DNA from: Candidatus Heimdallarchaeota archaeon
Lineage (GTDB): Archaea > Asgardarchaeota > Heimdallarchaeia > Heimdallarchaeales > Heimdallarchaeaceae
DNA: 64,000 nt
NCBI GenBank assembly: GCA_019057815.1
Contig: JAHLWR010000008.1
Coordinates: 94,540 to 158,539 of the forward strand
Reading direction: 5' to 3'
Shown: positions 51,413-60,243 of the stretch, in pieces
Layout of the letters: each line of letters starts with the position of its first letter
Numbering within the stretch: the stretch's first letter is position 1
Made by a program: the position numbers and the translations under genes
Notes under the pieces: generated by a model
Told to the model about the DNA's origin: nothing
What the model saw: the letters and a program-made list of their open reading frames with translations, nothing else
The model's database searches: none

Positions 51413-51979
51413 ATGTTAGTAAGGATAGGAATAGCAGCGGAATGATGGGGAGTGTCAGCTAGTACAGTACGACGATGGGAGGAGGAAAAGAAAGTGAGAC
51501 CAGACTGTAGGACGAGAGGAGGACATAGGAGATACAATTTAGCCAGAATTTTAGGTAAAAAAGACAAGAAAAGGAAGAGAGCAGTTTTGGGTTATGTTCG
51601 CGTGAGTGCGACAAAACAGAAAAAAGAACTTGTTAGTCAACGACAAAAGATTGAGAGTTACACAGAAGAGCAGGGGTGGCAGTTGAGGAAGATTTTTACT
51701 GATATTGCTTCGGGAATGAACGATCAGAGAAAAGGGTTAAAGAGATTATTAGATGCGATAGCGACTCAGCAACCTTATGCTGTTATATGTGCATATGAAG
51801 ATAGAGTAGCACGTTTTGGGACAAGAGTGATTAAGCATTATTGTCAGACTTTCAACACTAAAATTGTAGCTATACACCAACCATTGAACCAATCAACTGA
51901 AGGGAAACTAGTGGAAGATATGATAGCTTTAGTTACTTCGTTTGCTGGGAGACTCCACCGATAACGGAGAGGAAAATAA
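51413..51979 (+). pseudogene. tnpA: IS607 TnpA (MerR-like HTH + serine recombinase) with in-frame TGA at 51443 and probable premature TAA at 51962
   Basis: MLVRIGIAAE*WGVSASTVRRWE, RTRGGHRRY, GYVRVS, DIASG, EDRVARFG, LVTSFAGRLHR*RRGK*. Confidence 0.8.
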
Positions 51980-52053
51980 CAAAAAAAAAGAAAACAAACT
52001 GTTTTTTATATAGTTTAAATACCAATTAAAAGATGTTAATACTGAGTGAATAA

Positions 52054-54012
52054 ATGATGTCTACTCAAGTACAGTCAACAACAAAAATACACCCCTCTCT
52101 CCCTCGTACGAAGGTGATGAGAAGCTACCAGTTGGCGTTTGAGCACTTGAGTAAAACAGAGAGAATAGAGATCAACCAAAGGATAGAGAAGCTGGAAAAA
52201 GAGCAAAAAGCGCTCCTAACACCAACAATAGTTACAAAAGCCTTGGAACTCTATCGTTCTAATCCTAAAGAGATATTCTTTACAAGGAAATTGTGTAAAG
52301 AGGTGGGTAAAAGTCCGAATATAGCTGAAAGCGCTTTCCACTGGTTATATATAGCTATTCAAGGAAAAGTGGATAAAGAGAAGAAAATACAAGGAATATT
52401 CAACTTCTGGCAGAAAAATCCTCAGCAGTTACTAGAATGGGTGATATTTGGACGCTCCCCTTATACTGAGCACAGTTTCCAGAAGTATTGGAAAGTGGGA
52501 AGAAGGTTCATCATTAACCTTCTGACTAGCACGAGACTACAGACAGACTCTTACTGGAATAGGAAATTAACACGAAGGTGTGTAACTTCAAATGTGAAAT
52601 TTAATCACGTATTACCAACTGTGACACATAACGAAGTTATTTTAGCTATAGAAGATGCTTATAAATACAAAATGCACGAGTTTTCGTCAATTCCCAAACT
52701 TTCCCCTAACCAACAATCCTTTCTAAATAAATTGAAATTGTTAGTACATGAGAAACAGCAAGTAGCGTCTTTTGTTACTTCGTGGATCAACACCCCCCAA
52801 AAATCTCGTTGGAAAAGTCTCAAAGCTCTCACTCAACAGATAACCGAATTTGTAGGAAAGAAAAACCGAAAACTCTTCTCAGCTGTAAGGTTGATAGTAG
52901 TTTTCGCACTCTTTGACCATCTAATGGAGAGTGTCCCTCAGTTAGTCCTTTCTACCCTACCAGAAGAGGTTGTCCCTCGACCATTTAAAAGAAAGAAAAA
53001 AGGCAAATTACCAATAAAATTGTTAATGAAAAAAGAGTGTGTTATTACCCGTGAAGGTAATGCTAGAGTATTGACTGCAAAAGTGAAAAAGCAAGGATGG
53101 ACAGAGTTAGGTTTCCCCCAACGAGGAAAAAAGAAAACTAAAGCCCGTGTTCTCTTCCCCGCCAAAGTCTTGGAATATCTACGTAATGGAGCGAGTATCA
53201 AAATCTTGCAGGTTAGCAGTGGTGAAGCACCCAGTTACAAACCTCGCATAGATGTGGTTTTAGAAGGAGCACACGAATGTTTCCGCTCAACTACACTCTT
53301 ACAGCACTATATGACTATTATTCCCTCAGGTAACGCTCCCACTTTGGGTGTGGATATTAACCGCTTGGGAAAGTTCATGGTGACATTTAACACTCCTGTT
53401 AAGCTCCCCCCAGATTTGTTGAAACTGGTAAAAGGTTACACCTGCCTAACCGATAAAGTTCTCAAAGAACTCAATAGAGGATTAGCTAAAAAACGTAAAT
53501 TACGCGATTCTCATGGCTGTTGTAAACTCATTGGGGAATTAAATAGAGTCTATACTCGCAGAAGTAGGATTTTGCGTGAAATTCTTCGACGGTTACCCTT
53601 CTTTATAGCAACAGTGATAGCTAAACACCATAGTCGTGTCTTGAAGATTGAGGAATTAAACGTCGATCCCACAGGTACGAAAGGTGCATTAGCTAAAGCT
53701 ATTTACACCATGCCTGATAACTCTTTCATCTATGAAAAAGCTGTCTGGTTAGCTTCTTCAGAACTAGGTTATGATGTTAACCTAGAGCAAGTTAACCCCT
53801 TCAATACCAGCCGACTCCATAACGTTTGTGGAGGAGTTCTTGATCGTAACTCTGGTCATTACGACTATGCTTATTGCAATAACTGTGGACTGAAAGTCAA
53901 TACTCACTTCAATGCAGCTATCAACATCTCTTCAAAGCATGGTAGGCCTTTATCTTCACGTTCCTTCCCTCCCCTCAACGCATGTGAGGGGAACACTTTA
54001 AACGACGGTTAG
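52054..54012 (+). CDS. tnpB: large TnpB-like RuvC protein, 652 aa
   Basis: RuvC-I LGVDIN, RuvC-II KIEEL, VNPFNTS-HxxC..CxxC zinc finger, RuvC-III-like NTHFNAAINI. Confidence 0.82.
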   Translation: MMSTQVQSTTKIHPSLPRTKVMRSYQLAFEHLSKTERIEINQRIEKLEKEQKALLTPTIVTKALELYRSNPKEIFFTRKLCKEVGKSPNIAESAFHWLYIAIQGKVDKEKKIQGIFNFWQKNPQQLLEWVIFGRSPYTEHSFQKYWKVGRRFIINLLTSTRLQTDSYWNRKLTRRCVTSNVKFNHVLPTVTHNEVILAIEDAYKYKMHEFSSIPKLSPNQQSFLNKLKLLVHEKQQVASFVTSWINTPQKSRWKSLKALTQQITEFVGKKNRKLFSAVRLIVVFALFDHLMESVPQLVLSTLPEEVVPRPFKRKKKGKLPIKLLMKKECVITREGNARVLTAKVKKQGWTELGFPQRGKKKTKARVLFPAKVLEYLRNGASIKILQVSSGEAPSYKPRIDVVLEGAHECFRSTTLLQHYMTIIPSGNAPTLGVDINRLGKFMVTFNTPVKLPPDLLKLVKGYTCLTDKVLKELNRGLAKKRKLRDSHGCCKLIGELNRVYTRRSRILREILRRLPFFIATVIAKHHSRVLKIEELNVDPTGTKGALAKAIYTMPDNSFIYEKAVWLASSELGYDVNLEQVNPFNTSRLHNVCGGVLDRNSGHYDYAYCNNCGLKVNTHFNAAINISSKHGRPLSSRSFPPLNACEGNTLNDG

Positions 54013-54070
54013 AAAGCCTCTGGCAATTTTAACCAAGTTTCATAACGTGCGTAATGGGAATTTTTATCTC
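53940..54070 (+). ncRNA. candidate omega/reRNA scaffold plus flank-derived guide
   Basis: hairpins CCCCTCA/TGAGGGG (53971-53991) and GGTTAGAA-GCC/GGC-TTTTAACC (54007-54034); CACGTT (53957-53962) pairs with terminal AACGTG (54044-54049); 5' end uncertain. Confidence 0.55.
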
Positions 54071-54405
54071 GAAGACATCTATATGTCTGATCAAAAAATT
54101 ACAAATATTGTTCCTTCTGGAAAAATCCTACCATGCAAAAAAATAGTAGACTGTTCAAATAAACTAATTTTACCTGGTTTTATTGATCTCCATGTACATA
54201 TCAATCTTGACTTGGGTGAATTCGCTAAGTACAAATGTTAGTTTTTTAATTTATTTTCTTATTTGGTATTAATCTTTAATTTTATTAAAATAGTTTATAT
54301 TTGTTATACATAATTCATAAGTGTGAAAAGAATATCAAAGAGATTAAATGAACTGCTAATGTAAAAAGTTATTAAGTTTAAAGAGTTTGAGAGATGTGAT
54401 TAAGA

Positions 54406-57090
54406 GTGTCGGCTATGCAAATTCCAGCCCAAATTATAAAAATACATAGTTTAAATGAACGCGAACTTCATCAATCTGGTAAACAGGGTAATGAAGAAAA
54501 CGTCAAAATTTTCATTGTTAAACCTCTTTTAGATGCTCTTGGATATAATAAACCTAGCAGAATCAATTACGAACATAAAATTGATTTAAAGCGCGTAGAT
54601 ATTGCTTTATTAGTTAATAAAAAGCCTGTGGTGTTAGTTGAAGTTAAACAATCAAATGCTAAATTAAAAAATCATCTAGAACAAGCTATCAATTATTCCA
54701 ATAGCTGTCAATGTCCTTATACTCTTCTTACAAATGGCGAAGAATTTCAATTATATCGTACTTTCATCCCAAATGTAATTTATCCTAAAGATCGACTAAT
54801 TCATACATTCAAACGAACTGACCTTCTTGATGAGTGGTACAAACTCTTCGAACTTATTTCTTACGAAAATCTGGCACAAGGTGCTTTGAAAACGTATGCT
54901 GATAAAAAAGCTATCGAAATCCGAGATACGGTGTTACCTGTTACTTTATCTGACCATTTGCGGAATGCAAAACTGCTGTTAGTTCCTGCATACGAAGCTA
55001 ATATAAAAGAAAGAATTGCCAAAAGTAGGAGTTTTTTACTTAAATACAACAAATGGAAAAAAGATAATAATCTCCTTAAAATGAAAGAAGACAAAATATT
55101 AAACAAATTGGCAAGAATGGCAGCCTATAATCTTGTTACTAAAATATATTTCTGTCGTATCCTGGAAGATAAGAAGAAGATTAAGAAACGATTGGGAAAA
55201 ATAGCAAGTCAAAAAAGCATACAACAAGGAGAAATCAGAGACATTCTTCGCGCTTCATTTGCTGCAGTATTGGAAATTGATTATCGAGCAATTTTTGAAA
55301 TTGAAATTTTTGATTCAATATTTCCAAATGATGAGAAGTTAGTTATTAATACAATTATCAATCTTAAAGAATATAGATTCGATGAAGTTGATCAAGATGT
55401 ATTAGGACGTATATATGAACAGCATATCGATAAAGATGAAAAAAGAGATTTAGGGCAATATTATACTCCTGCATGGATAATAAAATACATCTTTGATCAT
55501 ATCCCTTTGGATACCAGACACATAATTTTGGATCCAGCTTGTGGTTCTGGTGGTTTTTTGATTGAAGCTTATAACCGTCTCTTCCAAAAATACAAAGCTG
55601 AAACGTATTCTGATGCAGAAGCACATGCAAATATACTTGATCACAACTTATTTGGTTTTGACATTAACTCTTTTGCTGTTATGCTATCTGCAGCTAATCT
55701 AGCTTTACGCAATATTGACATACCAACAGATGATATTAACACTTTTGAGCTTGATTCCCTGAAATATGATGTTAGTCATTATCTTCTTGGGATGAAAAAA
55801 CAGAATACTGATGAATCTTTTATATCAGAAAAAATTCACCTTGAAATCCCAAAAGCTTTTGATTTAATAGTTGGTAATCCTCCTTACTTTGTAGTTAAAA
55901 ACGAAGTAGTACGAAAAGAATACATAAGTACATTTGGTCCTTATAAAAAGGTGATAGAAACCAAAACTAATATTGTATCACTATTTATTGCAAAATATCT
56001 TTTATCACTTAAAACTGGTGGATGTCTTGCTTTTGTTGTACCGAAAGCATTGCTGTCCTTAAAAAATTGGACCAATTCGCGAAAGTTCATTTTGAAACAT
56101 TCACAAATAATGAGGATTTTTGATATTCGGGAAGCCTTTGAAGATGTTAAGCTTGAAATGATTGTACTCATACTGAAGAGAACAAATAGTAAATGGTCGC
56201 CTGATGATAAATCTGTAAAGGTTGATTACCTGAAAAAAGGTTCTTCTCGTAAATACAACTTAGAAAAAATTTATTCTAATGAAATTCCCTATGCTGAATT
56301 TACTGAAGATATCTTCCCAATTTACAAGGATGAAATCAATAAAAGTATATTCGATAAAATGAATACTGACTCAAAGAAACTAGGTGATATAAGTTTCTCG
56401 CGAAGAGGTGCACCTATTCAACCTCATAAAAACTTATGGTTAAAGAAAAAACAAAAAAGTAGTAGCATTTCTATCCTCAGAGGAAAGGACGTACAAAATT
56501 ATTATTTCACTCCTATATATTGGATTGATCAGAATTATCCCGTTTTTGACAAATATAAATCTTATTTTGAGCATCGGAAGATGCCAAAAATTATGGTTCA
56601 GCGATTAATATCTCAAACACAAGATCATATAAAAATCATAGCTAACTATGATCCTGGCGCATATTTGCCTATAGATACGGTTGTTTATTTTCTAATTCAA
56701 GATGTAGCCTTTAATCCACTGTACATACTAGCGTTACTTAACTCTCGTTTGTGTGCCTATTATATCTACAATTTTATTTTTAATCGAGCAACAAGAGGAA
56801 TGAATTTTTCTTATGCCAAAGACTTACCTATAAAAATAATACCTAAAGAACTTCAAGAAGAAATAGCTAATAAAGCACAGTTACTCATTAATCATCTTAA
56901 AACAATAAATAAGCTTGAACAGGAATATAACGACATCACAGATTTAGACGCTTCAAAGATAGAAGCAAAAAAACACATACGTGATTTAAGGAAAGAGATG
57001 TCTATAGCTCAAAAAGAGATTGATAAAGCAGTTTTTGACATCTATGGATTAAATGAGGATGAAATTAGAAAAGTTAAGACACAAAAATAA
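54406..57090 (+). CDS. type IIG-like fused restriction endonuclease / N6-adenine methyltransferase
   Basis: HsdR_N-like RVDIAL..VEVK and LTNG, GQYYTP, DPACGSGGFL, GNPPY, C-terminal TaqI-like TRD (YILALLNS, LPI). Confidence 0.88.
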   Translation: MSAMQIPAQIIKIHSLNERELHQSGKQGNEENVKIFIVKPLLDALGYNKPSRINYEHKIDLKRVDIALLVNKKPVVLVEVKQSNAKLKNHLEQAINYSNSCQCPYTLLTNGEEFQLYRTFIPNVIYPKDRLIHTFKRTDLLDEWYKLFELISYENLAQGALKTYADKKAIEIRDTVLPVTLSDHLRNAKLLLVPAYEANIKERIAKSRSFLLKYNKWKKDNNLLKMKEDKILNKLARMAAYNLVTKIYFCRILEDKKKIKKRLGKIASQKSIQQGEIRDILRASFAAVLEIDYRAIFEIEIFDSIFPNDEKLVINTIINLKEYRFDEVDQDVLGRIYEQHIDKDEKRDLGQYYTPAWIIKYIFDHIPLDTRHIILDPACGSGGFLIEAYNRLFQKYKAETYSDAEAHANILDHNLFGFDINSFAVMLSAANLALRNIDIPTDDINTFELDSLKYDVSHYLLGMKKQNTDESFISEKIHLEIPKAFDLIVGNPPYFVVKNEVVRKEYISTFGPYKKVIETKTNIVSLFIAKYLLSLKTGGCLAFVVPKALLSLKNWTNSRKFILKHSQIMRIFDIREAFEDVKLEMIVLILKRTNSKWSPDDKSVKVDYLKKGSSRKYNLEKIYSNEIPYAEFTEDIFPIYKDEINKSIFDKMNTDSKKLGDISFSRRGAPIQPHKNLWLKKKQKSSSISILRGKDVQNYYFTPIYWIDQNYPVFDKYKSYFEHRKMPKIMVQRLISQTQDHIKIIANYDPGAYLPIDTVVYFLIQDVAFNPLYILALLNSRLCAYYIYNFIFNRATRGMNFSYAKDLPIKIIPKELQEEIANKAQLLINHLKTINKLEQEYNDITDLDASKIEAKKHIRDLRKEMSIAQKEIDKAVFDIYGLNEDEIRKVKTQK

Positions 57091-57446
57091 TTTTATTGAG
57101 ATATTAAACACTATTGAAGAATAACTGGAAAGAAATGAGTATAAAACGAGATTAATATTTTTCTCTTAAAAATTGTAACATAGTTCACATAGAGTGACTG
57201 GGAAACCACTACGAAGGTAGAAGTTTAATGAGATCACTCTCAACACTAATTGTTGAGCATATTCCCAACACTAATAAAAAGCTAAGAATGGTCTCAAGTA
57301 AAGTTTATACTCTCTTTTTTATTTCCGAATTCAAATATTAAACAAAGAATCTTTTTTAGTTTCTTCTAATTAAATTGTACAATTAGCAAGATTGGATAAC
57401 TTTTATTTATTCAGTAGTTTATGGTTAAATCAGGAAAGACAGTTTC

Positions 57447-58763
57447 ATGTATAATCTAGGTCTCATAAATGGGAAAGTATATCGTAATGGGCAATTTACT
57501 CATCTAGATGTATATGTCCAAGATCAGATTATTGCAAAAATTGTTCCTTCTGGAAAAATCCTACCTTGCAAAAAAATTGTAGACTGTACAAATAAGCTAA
57601 TTTTACCTGGATTTATTGATCCCCATGTACATATCAATCTTGACTTGGGTGAATTCAAATCAAGCGATGATTATGAAAGCGCTTCAAAAGCTGCAGCTTT
57701 TGGTGGCATTACAACGTTTATAGATTTTCTTGAACCAATCAGTTATGTCCATGAATTTGATGCGATGCTAAAGAAGAAACAAAAAGAAGCAAAAGCATCC
57801 TATATTGATTATGCTTTTCATACAGCAGTTGGCAATTTTAATGATGATGTGGACAAGCTCATCAAGATTTCACGCGAAAGTGGAATCCCTTCTGTTAAAA
57901 TGTTTACCACATATTCTGAATCTAATCGCAAAATTACTTATACCAAATTTCAGGAGTTCCTGAAGAATTCTTGTAAGACAAATACACTGATTTTGGTTCA
58001 TGCTGAGAATGATGAAGAGATACTCAGTGCAAATGTTGAAGATACAGTAGAGAGTTATGAAAGTTCTAGACCAGCAGTCTCAGAAATAGAAGAGATAGAG
58101 AAAATAGCGAGGATTGTAGCAGAACTAAAAGGAACACTCTATATTGTGCATGTCACCTGTGGTTCATCAATTGAGCTTCTGAATGATAAATACAAAGAAC
58201 TTCTAGGAAAGAACATTTTCATAGAAAGCTGTCCACAATATTTCCATTTTACAAAAGATGTTTATGATAATGAAAATGGCAACTTATTCCTTCTTGCTCC
58301 ACCACTACGTTCAATAAAAGAACAGGAAAAACTCAAAGAGAATATTTCAGTTATAGATACCATTGGAACTGATCATTGTCCGTTTACTAAAGAAGAAAAA
58401 ATGCGTTATAAAGAAGCAAGTAAAATACCAAAAGGACTGGGGAGCTTGGAATTCAGTTTTTCTCTCATGTATCACATTTTTGGCAACGAAATCATAGATA
58501 AATTCACTCTAAATCCAGCAAAGATTCATAATCTCTTTCCAAAGAAAGGTATAATACAAATCGGATCTGATGCAGATTTTGTCATTTTTGATCCTAAAAA
58601 GGTGCTATTTATCAATTCAGGTCATTCTCAATCAGATTATAATCCATATGAAAGTATGCTAACTACTGGAATGGTTGAATCTACCATTCTCAGAGGAGAA
58701 ATCCTAGTTAAAAACAGAAAATTAGTTGGTTCTATGAGAGGGCAATTTATTAAAAGACACTAA
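57447..58763 (+). CDS. hydA: dihydropyrimidinase/hydantoinase (cyclic amidohydrolase, HyuA/YgeZ-like)
   Basis: PGFIDPHVH, AAAFGGITT, SVKMFTTY, VHAEN, ESCPQY, GTDHCPF, GSDADFVI. Confidence 0.88.
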   Translation: MYNLGLINGKVYRNGQFTHLDVYVQDQIIAKIVPSGKILPCKKIVDCTNKLILPGFIDPHVHINLDLGEFKSSDDYESASKAAAFGGITTFIDFLEPISYVHEFDAMLKKKQKEAKASYIDYAFHTAVGNFNDDVDKLIKISRESGIPSVKMFTTYSESNRKITYTKFQEFLKNSCKTNTLILVHAENDEEILSANVEDTVESYESSRPAVSEIEEIEKIARIVAELKGTLYIVHVTCGSSIELLNDKYKELLGKNIFIESCPQYFHFTKDVYDNENGNLFLLAPPLRSIKEQEKLKENISVIDTIGTDHCPFTKEEKMRYKEASKIPKGLGSLEFSFSLMYHIFGNEIIDKFTLNPAKIHNLFPKKGIIQIGSDADFVIFDPKKVLFINSGHSQSDYNPYESMLTTGMVESTILRGEILVKNRKLVGSMRGQFIKRH

Positions 58764-58923
58764 TTTTGTTATCTCTAAATGCATTTTTAGTTCATCTCCT
58801 AATTGAAAAATAGAACCTCGTTTTTACTTTTTAACGTTTAGAATATAGTTACATTTATAAATACTCATGTTTCTCAATACTCAGAAATATGACTATTAAG
58901 AAATTTAACCTGGAGCTATCAAT

Positions 58924-60243
58924 ATGAAGATAGGAAAAGTAACAATGTTTGCGTTCAAAAACGCATTTAGAAGAAAGATAGTCGCAGTTTTAGCCATTGC
59001 AGGTATAAGTGTGGCAATTACTATGCAGGTAACGATTAACGCTTTTACAACTGGAATGGATGAAACATTTAACGATATTTTTGGAGAATTAGTTGGAACA
59101 TTTCAGCTTCAAGAGAAGGATTCACCATTCTCTTATGCTTCCCAACTTCCAGCTAATATTACTGAAACAATTATGAATTTTGAGAATATATCTAAAATAG
59201 ATGTCATAGCAACGGAACAGAACTTACCATCAACGGTAAACAACTATACGACAATTATGGGCCTGAGTGATTTTGGATTCCCCATGACGATAAATATACG
59301 AGGGATAGAAAATTTGGAGGCATTTAGTGGGATATACTCTGAATTGGAGGAATTGACAGAAGAGTCCAGAGAATTCGAGTTCAACCATGACGAATGTATC
59401 ATACCTTATTCTCTCTATGAGAACAAATCTGAAATTTTTGACATAGGAAAAACTTTCTCCATAATGATTAACTCTAGCTATACCTATGATTTAGAAATTG
59501 TTGGAATAACTGCAGCAGGCGTTGGAGGATTACAACAATCAATAATGGTAACAGGATATGATGTTTATGTTCCTATTAATGTAACCAACAATGTTCTTTA
59601 TGAGCTTCTGAGATTTGATACAACTAACCATCTAATGCACTACGAAAGCAGAGGATTAGATAGTACTCAATTTGGCGTTGATAGTCCAAATGTAGTAGCA
59701 ATTAGAACATCACTAGATAATTCAGAAGATGTAAATAAGTATATAGATGACCTGATCGCGTATTTAGAATTTCAGTATCCAGAGAAGAAGTTTTCAGCTC
59801 TATCTTTAGCATCTGCTCTTGAAGCTATGGATGACTTAATGCAGACACAAAGTCTTGTGATTGGGATAGTAACTGTGGTGGTTGTTATTGCTGGTAGCAT
59901 GGGAATAATTATTGCCCAACTAGTTGGTGTAGAGGGTAGATCGAAGGAATTTGCAATCTTGAAGGCTACAGGCTGGAAGGAAGGACACATTATATATTCT
60001 GTAATCGTTGAAAGTGTTACACTAGGAATAACTGGGTCTATAGTAGGTATCATATTATCCGTTCTATCAATAAAAGGGTTAGAAGCTTTGATGACTATGG
60101 GCATGCCATTTGCACCAGTAATAACACCAGTAATAATTTTTACTGCAGTTGGAATAGCAATGGGAATAGGGATTTTAGGAGGGCTTTATCCTGGAATAAA
60201 AGCAAGTTCTGTAAGACCAATGGAGGTCTTGCAAGGAAGTTAG
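58924..60243 (+). CDS. FtsX/MacB-type ABC permease
   Basis: N-terminal TM, large extracellular loop, R.KEFAILKATGW, YPG.KAS..P. Confidence 0.88.
   Translation: MKIGKVTMFAFKNAFRRKIVAVLAIAGISVAITMQVTINAFTTGMDETFNDIFGELVGTFQLQEKDSPFSYASQLPANITETIMNFENISKIDVIATEQNLPSTVNNYTTIMGLSDFGFPMTINIRGIENLEAFSGIYSELEELTEESREFEFNHDECIIPYSLYENKSEIFDIGKTFSIMINSSYTYDLEIVGITAAGVGGLQQSIMVTGYDVYVPINVTNNVLYELLRFDTTNHLMHYESRGLDSTQFGVDSPNVVAIRTSLDNSEDVNKYIDDLIAYLEFQYPEKKFSALSLASALEAMDDLMQTQSLVIGIVTVVVVIAGSMGIIIAQLVGVEGRSKEFAILKATGWKEGHIIYSVIVESVTLGITGSIVGIILSVLSIKGLEALMTMGMPFAPVITPVIIFTAVGIAMGIGILGGLYPGIKASSVRPMEVLQGS

Larger units (their letters stand above)
51321..54049 (+). mobile_element. IS607-family insertion sequence (tnpA serine recombinase + long tnpB)
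   Basis: gene pair; borders defined by rejoining the interrupted gene; CGT at both junctions (51318-51320, 54050-54052); imperfect subterminal inverted repeats 51338-51360 / 54018-54040. Confidence 0.88.
51267..54241 (+). pseudogene. 5' fragment of a dihydropyrimidinase paralog interrupted by the IS607 element
   Basis: 51267-51320 (..YSMSLVNGSVYR) joins 54053-54223 (NGNFY..PGFIDLHVHINLDLGEF); 54107-54223 matches 57540-57656 with 6 mismatches. Confidence 0.85.

Noticed and set aside
51443-51445. Selenocysteine or TGA recoding in tnpA
   Set aside because: TGA terminates many ordinary genes here, the site is a non-catalytic HTH position, and no SECIS is evident. A nonsense mutation is simpler.
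52054-54400. Cas12 or Fanzor assignment for the large RuvC protein
   Set aside because: No CRISPR array or cas genes are nearby. The catalytic Glu is in the canonical TnpB position and the Fanzor-type DPG/relocated Glu pattern is absent.
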